A stretch of 41,750 nt of DNA from a virus (IMGVR_UViG_3300043493_000077:1-41750); one strand, 5' to 3'; shown: positions 24,117 to 32,108, counted from the stretch's first letter. Made by a program: numbers and translations. The notes: generated by a model not told the origin, from the letters alone.

Positions 24117-25118
24117 ATGTCGCAGACCGGCACCATTCACCGCGAACCCAGCATCCCCACCCTCTACGCCGCCGATCTCAACTGGCTAATCGCACAATAT
24201 CTAAGCTGGCAGCGTACGCAGCTCGACCAGCAATCAACGGTCGATTGCTACGCATGTAAGCTCAGATGGTTTACCGAGTGGTGGGAAGAAAAGGGGCCAA
24301 CAAAAGAATGGCTCTTGCAGCAGAGTGACCTGGAGATTTTCGAGCGTTACTTGCGCGGGGCGCGTTCGGAGTTGACCAAGCGACCGCTCTCCTGGCACAC
24401 GCGCAACGATGTACTGAGGCGCTTACGGGAAATGTTCCATTGGGCTTGTGCCAAAACCTATACCGAAAAAGATTATGCCGAGTGGATTCCTAAAGCCGAC
24501 GGCGGACCGCCCAAACGCCACGCCGCTTCGTTTGCCGCCCTCATGAAGTTGCTGGCGGAGGCCGGCAACTCAACCAACGCTCACCGTGACCGCGCCATCA
24601 TTGCGATGATGATGGGCATGGGCCTGCGCCGCATCGAGATCGTCAACCTGGATGTCACCGATGTTGTGATCGAGGCGGATCACAGCGGCTATGCCAACGT
24701 GCGCGGCAAGAAAACGCCCGCCAATGCCAGCGGCCAACGCCAGGCCGTCTTTGACGCCGCCACCGGACGCATTGTCGCCGCCCACCTGGACGCCGCGGGC
24801 TATTACAAGGGGCCGCTCTTTCGCACCTCCAAGGACACACGCATGAACACACAAGCTGTCCACCGCGCCACCAAGAAGCTGATCGAGGCCGCCGGCCTGG
24901 AAGATGAAATCCAGGCCTGTCACGACCTACGCCGCGCCTTTGCCACCTTCTCCGCCCGCTATAGCAAAGGCACAGATGCCGCTGACCGCCGCCGGCGCCA
25001 GTTGGGTCATGCCAAATTCAGCCAAACCGCCGACTATGAATTGTTGGATGTTGAGGATCTACGCGTGGATTTCATCTCGCCATTGGGGATGATGCCGCAC
25101 AGCATTTTAGGCGAGTAA
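24117..25118 (+). CDS. int: Tyrosine recombinase (integrase)
   Basis: Catalytic residues in GLRRIE, RGKK, HDLRR, LGH and TADY; GAAAGG RBS; adjacent to a tRNA-derived att site. Confidence 0.93.
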   Translation: MSQTGTIHREPSIPTLYAADLNWLIAQYLSWQRTQLDQQSTVDCYACKLRWFTEWWEEKGPTKEWLLQQSDLEIFERYLRGARSELTKRPLSWHTRNDVLRRLREMFHWACAKTYTEKDYAEWIPKADGGPPKRHAASFAALMKLLAEAGNSTNAHRDRAIIAMMMGMGLRRIEIVNLDVTDVVIEADHSGYANVRGKKTPANASGQRQAVFDAATGRIVAAHLDAAGYYKGPLFRTSKDTRMNTQAVHRATKKLIEAAGLEDEIQACHDLRRAFATFSARYSKGTDAADRRRRQLGHAKFSQTADYELLDVEDLRVDFISPLGMMPHSILGE

Positions 25119-25158
25119 GGCGATGTAATTGCCTGCATTGGGCAATTACATCGTGTCA

Positions 25159-25205
25159 TTGCTCTCTCACGGCAAAGACAGGGGTTCGAATCCCCTATGC
25201 GCTAC
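25159..25205 (+). other. attP core: 3' part of tRNA-Glu(CTC)
   Basis: Anticodon arm TTGCT-CTCTCAC-GGCAA, T arm AGGGG-TTCGAAT-CCCCT and acceptor 3' strand ATGCGCTA; no D arm or 5' acceptor strand; 40 bp after the int stop. Confidence 0.85.
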
Positions 25206-25286
25206 TAAGCATATTTAACATCACCATGTTAATGTGCTGGCATCAGCCGTAAGGCGGCAAACCAACAGGCTAGATGCATACGGATC

Positions 25287-25323
25287 AAACGCTTCGGCTC
25301 TCACGGGTCGGGGCGTTTTTCTT
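25287..25323 (+). terminator. Intrinsic terminator downstream of attP (would terminate the reconstituted tRNA; possibly bidirectional)
   Basis: AAACGCTTCGGCTC-TCAC-GGGTCGGGGCG followed by TTTTT. Confidence 0.7.
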
Positions 25324-25350
25324 ACCCCTCGCCGGTGGCCGTATCTTCTT

Positions 25351-25551
25351 CTAAGCCATTGATCCTTCGAGGGTCAACGTTTTTGCAGCTTCGTCGTCCA
25401 AAAACTTATCCAGTATTTCCCGACGAAAACGCCAATGTCTGCCGACCTTTGCCGCCGGCAACTCGCCGCGCTGCGCCATGCGCGAAACCGTCTGCGGGTT
25501 CAGTTGCAGATATTTGGCCACTTCTTCTACTGTCATCAACTGCTGTGTCAT
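25351..25551 (-). CDS. Excisionase-family HTH_17 (MerR-like wHTH) protein
   Basis: LMTVEEVAKYLQLNPQTVSRMAQRGELPAAKVGRHWRF; GGAG RBS; ATG at 25551. Confidence 0.9.
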   Translation of the reverse strand: MTQQLMTVEEVAKYLQLNPQTVSRMAQRGELPAAKVGRHWRFRREILDKFLDDEAAKTLTLEGSMA

Positions 25552-25596
25552 GCGCCTATCTCCGTTCTTGTTTGATTTCCTACTTCCAACAAATCC

Positions 25597-25664
25597 AGAA
25601 TACAACAGAATAGAATGAATTGTCAATATTGACAATTGACATATACAATCAAATACATTATACT
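25597..25664. promoter_or_regulatory. Back-to-back sigma70-type promoters with a 20-bp perfect palindrome
   Basis: Rightward TTGACA(25636)-17-TATACT(25659); leftward TTGACA(25626)-18-TATTCT(25602); palindrome AATTGTCAATATTGACAATT at 25618-25637. Confidence 0.8.
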
Positions 25665-25699
25665 ACATTCAACGGCGAGCGCACAGGGCGCAAGCCAAT

Positions 25700-25810
25700 A
25701 GAAAAGAGGCGCAGCCGCTCGTAACGGCCCGCCTCACGGTCTCAATCCTGTCTCTGTCACAAGAAAGGTTTCAACATGACAAGTTTAGCAGTTTCAGCGC
25801 CCGCGGTCAA
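25700..25810 (-). ncRNA. Putative antisense sRNA covering the RBS of the 25776 gene (sar-like)
   Basis: TTGACC(25810)-17-TAAACT(25787) with extended -10 TG; terminator hairpin at 25706-25735 followed by TTTTCT on the minus strand. Confidence 0.6.
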
Positions 25811-26000
25811 AAAGTGGTATGTTAGCACCGCCTCCGTACCGTTCACCTTTGGCGCACAGGACGCCGAAAACGGCCTCTCCTGCGTGCCGGAAGATTTCTT
25901 CACCCACCTTGATGACATCAAGGATTATTGCTCAGGTTATCAATCGGTGGTCGGCGAAACACTCACGACACGTTACTTCCTGAGCGGGGGCAAGCGCTAA
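25776..26000 (+). CDS. Hypothetical protein, first early rightward gene
   Basis: GAAAGG RBS; downstream of a near-consensus promoter. Confidence 0.7.
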   Translation: MTSLAVSAPAVKKWYVSTASVPFTFGAQDAENGLSCVPEDFFTHLDDIKDYCSGYQSVVGETLTTRYFLSGGKR

Positions 26001-26002
26001 CC

Positions 26003-26506
26003 ATGAAAGAGATTCGCCTGACACAGGGCGTTGTCGCCGTCGTTGATAATAACGATTACGAATGGCTTTCGCAATGGAAGTGGCACGCGCGGAAAGCCCC
26101 TTGTGGTTGGTACGCAAAGCGCACCGGAACACTGGAGGATGGCAAGCCGGCCACTATCCAGATGCATGTCGCAATTATGCAGCCTCCTGCCGGCCTAGAT
26201 GTTGACCATATAGACGGTAATGGCCTGAACAACACTCGCGCCAATTTGCGCTTGGCAACCAGGGCAGAAAATACGCATAACCGCAACAGGGCCGGCAACA
26301 ATACCAGCGGCTATAAAGGTGTGCATCTTCAAAAGGGCAATGGCAAACGCAAAGATGTCTGGCGAGCCAGGATCACTGTCAACGGCAGACGCCATTGGAT
26401 AGGTGACTTCAATTCCCCCCAGGATGCGGCACATGCTTACGACGCCGCGGCTCGTAAGGCGTTTGGCGAATTTGCTAAAACCAACTTTCCGTTGGAGGTC
26501 AACTAA
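26003..26506 (+). CDS. HNH-AP2 homing endonuclease
   Basis: MKEIRLTQG; VDHIDGNGLNNTRANLR (HNH); SGYKGV...WRARI...AAHAYDAAA..FGEFA..NF (AP2). Confidence 0.92.
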   Translation: MKEIRLTQGVVAVVDNNDYEWLSQWKWHARKAPCGWYAKRTGTLEDGKPATIQMHVAIMQPPAGLDVDHIDGNGLNNTRANLRLATRAENTHNRNRAGNNTSGYKGVHLQKGNGKRKDVWRARITVNGRRHWIGDFNSPQDAAHAYDAAARKAFGEFAKTNFPLEVN

Positions 26507-26871
26507 TGGCGACCACACACCTTTACGCCGTTGGTCGCATCCCGGGCGGGGCCGTAGATCTCCTACTGGCCCCCCGCCGCCAGCAATCCGTTTGCAGCGA
26601 CACCTATGGCTGCCACTGCTATGCTTATAGCCATGGCTATGACGACGCCAAGGACGGCTATCTGCCTGAGCCGCTGCACCACGTCAGCGCATTGTGCTGC
26701 ATCGAGCGCTACATGGCCGGTCACCGGGATGGGCTGCTGGCTGCCGAGGCCAAACGTAAGACGCCGGCGCCCGACGGTTCGCTGCAAGGCGTGATCGACT
26801 ACGGGGCGGAGCTGGTCGAGCTTGAGGATGATATGGCGGATCGGGCCTATCACGCATCCGGTAACTGGTAG
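26506..26871 (+). CDS. Hypothetical protein
   Basis: TAATG coupling with GGAGG RBS. Confidence 0.65.
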   Translation: MATTHLYAVGRIPGGAVDLLLAPRRQQSVCSDTYGCHCYAYSHGYDDAKDGYLPEPLHHVSALCCIERYMAGHRDGLLAAEAKRKTPAPDGSLQGVIDYGAELVELEDDMADRAYHASGNW

Positions 26872-26915
26872 AACTTATCGGGGGCGCGCATCGTCACACG
26901 CGCAGGATTACACCA

Positions 26916-27638
26916 ATGAAGATTTCAGAAGTTTTTCCCTCAAAGTACCTAACCGCAAGTGACCTCAACGGCAAGCCGTACACGCTCACGATCAAGACGG
27001 TGACGCTCGAGGAAATGATCACGCACGACGCCAAGAAAGTGAACAAGCCGGTCGCCTGGTTCGTCGGCGCCCAAAAGGGCTTCGTCATGAACAGCACCAA
27101 TGCCTATATCATTGCGGCGCTGTACGGCGACGACACCTCTGGCTGGCTCGGCCAGCGCATCACAATTTATCCGACCAAGGTCAAGGCGTTCGGCACCATG
27201 CAAGACTGCATCCGGGTCAAGGAAGAAATCCCCGCCCAGCCCAAGCCGGTGGCACAAGCGGCCCAGGCCGTGGCGCAATCCGACCTCGACGATGATGAGG
27301 ACGTGGCCGACTTCGAGGATATGAACGCTACCATCGACCCGGAAACTGGTGAGATCATCAGCGGCGACGTCTTGTTCGCGCCCACCGCCCGGCCCAGCAC
27401 CAAGCAGCCCGACGACGCGTCACCCGCCCAGCTCCTGCGGCTGACCAAGCTCATGGCGCAGATGTACGGCGCCGACTGGGGCCAACTTGAGCCGAAGCTG
27501 GCGCAGGACGCCTCCACGGGCAGCGTCAGCCAGTTTAGCGACTTGAAGGTTAAAGAAGCTCAGGTACTGATAGGGAAACTTGAGGCAGGGATCAAACAGG
27601 CCGCGCCCAATGGGCACCCGGGCAAAGTTCACGCATAG
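26916..27638 (+). CDS. Putative single-stranded DNA-binding / recombination protein
   Basis: FPSKYL.ASDL.G...LTIK.V...N.TNA..I...YG.DT..W.G..IT pattern common in phage early regions; acidic linker. Confidence 0.6.
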   Translation: MKISEVFPSKYLTASDLNGKPYTLTIKTVTLEEMITHDAKKVNKPVAWFVGAQKGFVMNSTNAYIIAALYGDDTSGWLGQRITIYPTKVKAFGTMQDCIRVKEEIPAQPKPVAQAAQAVAQSDLDDDEDVADFEDMNATIDPETGEIISGDVLFAPTARPSTKQPDDASPAQLLRLTKLMAQMYGADWGQLEPKLAQDASTGSVSQFSDLKVKEAQVLIGKLEAGIKQAAPNGHPGKVHA

Positions 27639-27676
27639 CAGCCACCTCCAGAAAGCGCGTAAAAGTTAACAAAGTC

Positions 27677-27709
27677 GCCGCCGGTTGCCTTGCGCGGGCA
27701 GCCGGCGGC
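27677..27709. terminator. GC-rich hairpin after the SSB-like gene
   Basis: GCCGCCGGTTGCCT...GGGCAGCCGGCGGC; no clear U-tract on the plus strand. Confidence 0.4.
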
Positions 27710-27735
27710 TAAGCACATAGATAGGACTGTACCTA

Positions 27736-28140
27736 GTGCCTGAACAGAAGAATAACATACGCTACGTCGCCCCCGACCCTGCCCCGCCCCGGGTCACCGT
27801 ATTGCCGCCCATGGAACTTCCGCCGGCGCCCATTTCTGAGCCGATGCCACATTCATCACACCTTGATAGGGCTAGAGCCTTTTCACTTGCCACAGCGCCC
27901 CTGGCGGCTACCACCGGCCTGGTCGTGCTGTTGATCGGCATCCTGGCTTTTGGCATTCCTTTCCTGAGCGTAGCAGCGTTATTGCTCGCGCTCGGTGGCT
28001 TTGCCCTGATATGGGGAGTAAGTTTTGTCGTGTTCACTTTCGTTAGTCCCGATGGTTCACTCCTCGCGCATACCCTCCTTATGTGGGCGTATTTGAAACG
28101 CGAGCAGAAAGAGAGATTTAAGAGATATGGAATCAAATAG
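27736..28140 (+). CDS. Membrane protein (Pro-rich N-terminus, 2-3 TM)
   Basis: GTG start with AGGA; long hydrophobic segments. Confidence 0.7.
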   Translation: MPEQKNNIRYVAPDPAPPRVTVLPPMELPPAPISEPMPHSSHLDRARAFSLATAPLAATTGLVVLLIGILAFGIPFLSVAALLLALGGFALIWGVSFVVFTFVSPDGSLLAHTLLMWAYLKREQKERFKRYGIK

Positions 28141-28924
28141 TGTTGAACTTAGAAACGCCTTTGAGAAGCAAGTGAAGATCGGCCCTGTCGATCAGTGCTG
28201 GGATGCCCGCACAGGACGCAGAGATGGCTATGGAATGATCCGCTTTGCCGGCAAACAGCTTACTGCACACCGAGTCGCTTACGAACTCTATATCGGCCCA
28301 ATCCCAGAGGATATACTGATTTGCCATCGCTGCGACAACCGGCGCTGTGCCAATCCAAATCATCTCTTTGCCGGTACGCACCAAGAGAACATGGATGACA
28401 TGGTGAGGAAGGGGCGGTCATGGAACGGCCCCAACCGAACGATTCAAGATAAGATTGTGCAGGTGATTTCTCGAAAAGAAACAATAGCGAAGTCCGCACC
28501 GGAGCGTCACGTATCATTGCGTGAGGTAGCGGAAGCATTGAGCCTTCGCAACGTTGATGGCTCCGTCGTTGAGCTATTTATGGAAGCGCTCTCTCGCCTG
28601 ACCGAATTATGCTATGAAGAAGATGAGGCGGGGTTATGCAACATCGATTCCGTCACCAATCGGATTTTGATACCGCTCCCTTTTGGTCGGGCAGGGTTTG
28701 CTAAGTGGGGTTTTCGCCGTCAGGAATCAGTCGTTTTGCGCGACATTATGGCACGACGACAGACCCAGCCCGGCCTGTTCCTTTATGATAAGTCGCGGCG
28801 CTGTTGGCACCTCAATCGTTATGATCACGATAGCTATGATGTGGCTAGGAGCTACTTAGCCAGGTATCCAGTGACTATTGCCGAATATAGAGCCTCCCGT
28901 ACCCGGTTTCTAGACAGGAACTAG
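28127..28924 (+). CDS. HNH endonuclease fused to an uncharacterised C-terminal domain
   Basis: GYG.I......AHRVAY...GPIP....ICHRCDNRRCANPNHL..GT...NM.DM. Confidence 0.8.
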   Translation: MESNSVELRNAFEKQVKIGPVDQCWDARTGRRDGYGMIRFAGKQLTAHRVAYELYIGPIPEDILICHRCDNRRCANPNHLFAGTHQENMDDMVRKGRSWNGPNRTIQDKIVQVISRKETIAKSAPERHVSLREVAEALSLRNVDGSVVELFMEALSRLTELCYEEDEAGLCNIDSVTNRILIPLPFGRAGFAKWGFRRQESVVLRDIMARRQTQPGLFLYDKSRRCWHLNRYDHDSYDVARSYLARYPVTIAEYRASRTRFLDRN

Positions 28925-29020
28925 TGACCAATGTAGGCTCCGATAGGCCGGCTAGGTGTAGCCATTGAAACTAGCCGGCTCCCGGGTGGGCGTGGGTGGG
29001 CCGCGTCGGCGCAATGAAAT

Positions 29021-29190
29021 TTGATAGGCAAGTTGGGATCGGATATAGTTAGATAGAGAAGCCGCTGGCGTGTTTGCGCACGTCCAGCGGCGAATGTTAG
29101 CCGCTGTTACAGGCAGCGACGAACGTGGATAATTGTAGCACCTCCCCACGATCACCGCACCCTGTGGCTAGCTGCCGCGGGGTGTTTTTT
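29021..29190 (+). promoter_or_regulatory. Promoter, structured leader and terminator upstream of the MTase-nuclease gene
   Basis: TTGATA(29021)-17-TATAGT(29044); hairpin at 29060-29091; terminator at 29158-29184 followed by T6. Confidence 0.6.
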
Positions 29191-29240
29191 GTGCCGAAAG
29201 CATTCACCTGACCAACCAGGAATCAAACAAAGAGCTTGCC

Positions 29241-30908
29241 ATGCCTCCCAAGAGAAATGTTCTCTATTACGGCGATAATCTGCCGATCCTGCGGCAGCAC
29301 ATTCCAGCCAACTTTGTTGATTTGGTCTACCTCGATCCACCCTTCAACAGCAACCGTAATTACAACGTGCTTTTCAAGGACGAAGGGGGCGTTGATTCCG
29401 AGGCCCAGGTACAGGCTTTTGTGGACACCTGGCACTGGAATGAAGCAGCGGCGGAGCAATACAACCAGCTTGTGACCGGCTCCCATGTCGAGGCGGGCAA
29501 GCTGATCGTCGCCCTGCGTGACTTCCTTGGTGAAAGTCAGATGATGGCCTACTTGGTGATGATGGCGTCGCGGCTGATTGAATTGCGTAGAGTACTAAAG
29601 CCTACAGGTAGCCTCTATCTGCATTGCGATCCCACCGCCAGCCACTACTTGAAGGTGGTGCTGGACACCATTTTTGGGCCAGAGAATTTCCGCAATGAGA
29701 TTACATGGCGGCGCACGAACACACACAATGATGCCGTGAAGAAATTCCCTGATGTGGCTGACATCATTCTATTCTATGTGAAGTCGAGTAGGGCGGGATT
29801 CAACCCCATCTACACAAATCACGACGAGGCATACGTCACCAAATTTTACAGGTTTGACGACGACGACGGGCGTGGGCCATACACATTAGACAATATGGCA
29901 AGCCCTAATCCGCGCCCCAACATGATGTACGAGTGGAAGGGCTTCCCTTATCCTCAACTCGGCTGGCGCTATCAACGGGCGACAATGGAAAAGCTGGACG
30001 ATGAAGGGCGCGTCTATTACCCAAAAGACAAAACGGGAAATTTTGACTACACCAAGCGGCCACGCCTGAAGAGGTACTTGAATGAGCAAAAGGGCGTCGT
30101 GGTCGGCAGTGTATGGGACGACATTCTTCCCCTGTCTGCGCACGCCGCCGAACGCTTGGGCTACCCCACCCAGAAGCCTCTTGCTCTCTTGGAGCGCATC
30201 CTTGCGGCGTCTAGTAATCCGGGCGAAGTTGTGCTTGACCCATTCTGTGGGTGCGGAACGACCATCGCTGCCGCGCAACGGCTAGGTCGCCAGTGGATCG
30301 GGATTGACGTGACCAATCTGTCGATTGCCCTGCAAAAGTACAGGCTGGCCGACGCCTTCGGGCTGGTGGCTGGAACCGACTACGATGTGGTCGGGGAACC
30401 TGCCGATCTGGACTCTGCCCAACAACTGGCGGAGGAAAATCCCTATCAATTCCAGTGGTGGGCGCTGTCGCTGATTCAGGCGCGCCCGTTGGGGGCAGAC
30501 GCCGGCAGTAAGATGGGCAAAAAGGGTGCCGACAGGGGAATCGACGGCGTTATTAGTTTCGTAGACGACGCAAGCGGTAGACCCAAGCGCGCGTTGGTGC
30601 AGGTCAAGGGTGGCAAGGTGAGCAGCCGTGACATTCGCGACCTTGTGGGGACGATCAACAGGGAGAAGGCAGCAATGGGCATCTTTATCACGATGGAGCT
30701 ACCGTCGTGCCCAATGGTCACAGAAGCGGGAAGCGCCGGCAACTACCAATCCCCTGGTTGGAATCAGCGTTACCCAACGATCCAGATATTGACGATTGAA
30801 GAACTGCTGGACGGCAAAAAGGTCAACATGCCGCCGACCTCGATCACCTTTGCCAAAGCGGAGAGTGACCGCACCCCAAGCGAAGGTCAGCTCAAATTGA
30901 ACATCTAA
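29241..30908 (+). CDS. Beta-class N6/N4 DNA methyltransferase fused to an Mrr-like PD-(D/E)xK domain
   Basis: [23 protein letters not shown]; C-terminal ADRGIDG...VQVKGG. Confidence 0.88.
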   Translation: MPPKRNVLYYGDNLPILRQHIPANFVDLVYLDPPFNSNRNYNVLFKDEGGVDSEAQVQAFVDTWHWNEAAAEQYNQLVTGSHVEAGKLIVALRDFLGESQMMAYLVMMASRLIELRRVLKPTGSLYLHCDPTASHYLKVVLDTIFGPENFRNEITWRRTNTHNDAVKKFPDVADIILFYVKSSRAGFNPIYTNHDEAYVTKFYRFDDDDGRGPYTLDNMASPNPRPNMMYEWKGFPYPQLGWRYQRATMEKLDDEGRVYYPKDKTGNFDYTKRPRLKRYLNEQKGVVVGSVWDDILPLSAHAAERLGYPTQKPLALLERILAASSNPGEVVLDPFCGCGTTIAAAQRLGRQWIGIDVTNLSIALQKYRLADAFGLVAGTDYDVVGEPADLDSAQQLAEENPYQFQWWALSLIQARPLGADAGSKMGKKGADRGIDGVISFVDDASGRPKRALVQVKGGKVSSRDIRDLVGTINREKAAMGIFITMELPSCPMVTEAGSAGNYQSPGWNQRYPTIQILTIEELLDGKKVNMPPTSITFAKAESDRTPSEGQLKLNI

Positions 30909-30938
30909 GCTAATTCCATCAACCCAACAGGAGCCCCC

Positions 30939-31430
30939 ATGCGCAGATTGCTCGTTGCCATCATCATCACCCTCACCCTTCTCAGCGCGGCCATAAATCA
31001 GCAGACGCGCCTGCCGCAGATCATCGCGCCGCCAGTGAGCCTAGACACGCCGATACCAACTGAGACGCCGACGGCCACATCGACCGCAACGGCCACAGGT
31101 GAAGCCACGGCAACATCGACCGACACGCCGACGGCAACCGAGGAGCAGGCAACCAACACGCCCACCAACACGCCCACGGCCACAACGCAAGCAGACGCTA
31201 CCGACACGCCGACGGTGACGCCCACAGCCACCGCGACTACTCAGCCGCAAGGCCCATGCCCCTGCTCAAGCGACAGCCTGAATTGCTCCGACTTCGCCAC
31301 CCACAGCCAAGCCCAGGCCTGTTATGACTTCTGCGTCAGCCAAGGCGCCGGCGACATCCACAAGCTGGACCAGGACGGGGACGGCGATGCCTGTGAGAGT
31401 TTGCCGGGTGTATTTAAGTTGATACGGTAG
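30939..31430 (+). CDS. Secreted Thr/Pro-rich protein with excalibur-type Ca-binding domain
   Basis: Signal peptide, PT/AT repeats, NCSDF.THSQAQ...LDQDGDGDACESLP. Confidence 0.85.
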   Translation: MRRLLVAIIITLTLLSAAINQQTRLPQIIAPPVSLDTPIPTETPTATSTATATGEATATSTDTPTATEEQATNTPTNTPTATTQADATDTPTVTPTATATTQPQGPCPCSSDSLNCSDFATHSQAQACYDFCVSQGAGDIHKLDQDGDGDACESLPGVFKLIR

Positions 31431-31611
31431 GGGTCAGCATAAGAAGTTGCGGCAATGGCCAACGCGCGGATCTACGCGCCCACACTGGATCGCACCCGGC
31501 GGCCGCCGGCGCTGCAGCGTTGCCCAGGCAGCTGCGATCGCTGAATGGCGTCAGCAAAAGTTGCGAATATGGCCATCCGAATTACAGGTAGCAGTTACAG
31601 GAGTAGGAACT

Positions 31612-31980
31612 ATGGACGCCCAACCCGAAAACAAGCTAAATCGCATAATGATTCCCACTGTGATAATCACCGTGGTTCTGATTGTCATCCTTGGCGTCAT
31701 CAAGAACGCAATGGATGCGCCATCCCAAAGTGCTGATGCTGCATCCATTGGCAATTCTCTAAAAATGGTAGCAAAGCCCTGGAACAATGGTTACGTTCAT
31801 CTCTGGGCTGAGTTGACTGAAGGCCCAAACGAACAATTCAAAGACATCGCTGAAGGAACAGTCTGCACCAAGCTCGATGATGAATCGCATGTGCTTGGTA
31901 GCGGCGACACCGCTATTTATTACTTCAAGGTCAATTGCAACGGCGCCGTCGGCTTTGTCGAAGTTGACCAAGCGCGCTGA
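31612..31980 (+). CDS. Single-pass membrane protein with SH3-like extracellular domain
   Basis: AGGA RBS and ATG at 31612; TM segment, then VHLW...GTVC..L...YFKVNCNGAVGFV. Confidence 0.6.
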   Translation: MDAQPENKLNRIMIPTVIITVVLIVILGVIKNAMDAPSQSADAASIGNSLKMVAKPWNNGYVHLWAELTEGPNEQFKDIAEGTVCTKLDDESHVLGSGDTAIYYFKVNCNGAVGFVEVDQAR

Positions 31981-32108
31981 CTCCCCGCCAACCTCTGCAT
32001 CGCAGGTGCTCACCAATTTTCCGCCGCCGTTTTTCCGCCGCCGCGGCGCAGCGTTGCTGGCGGCGGGCGAGATATAGCGCCGTGGCACCCAGAGGGTTCC
32101 CGGAACGC

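Larger units (their letters stand above)
2775..32067. repeat. Dispersed micro-repeat family E, ~36-40 nt CCCGCCGCCAGC...GGCGGCGGA, 5 copies
   Basis: 2775-2813(+), 5221-5256(+), 10488-10527(-), 16138-16175(-), 32028-32067(-). Confidence 0.65.
1758..32102. repeat. Dispersed micro-repeat family D, 18 nt (G/A)CRCCC-NNN-GGGY-W-CCCG, 8 copies
   Basis: 1758-1775(+), 3812-3829(-), 9468-9485(+), 15239-15256(-), 18105-18122(-), 18939-18956(-), 27603-27620(+), 32085-32102(+). Confidence 0.85.

Noticed and set aside
25120-25205. Complete tRNA-Glu gene
   Set aside because: No D arm or 5' acceptor strand; upstream is an unrelated perfect hairpin, so it is an att fragment
9882-25609. Shared 12-mer GAATACAACAGA (9882-9893 minus strand; 25598-25609) and 10-mer GAATGAATTG (~23960; 25613)
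   Set aside because: Matches this short are expected by chance in a genome of this size; no further support
31060-31245. Tandem ACGCC-rich repeats
   Set aside because: Explained by the Thr/Pro/Ala low-complexity linker of the secreted protein
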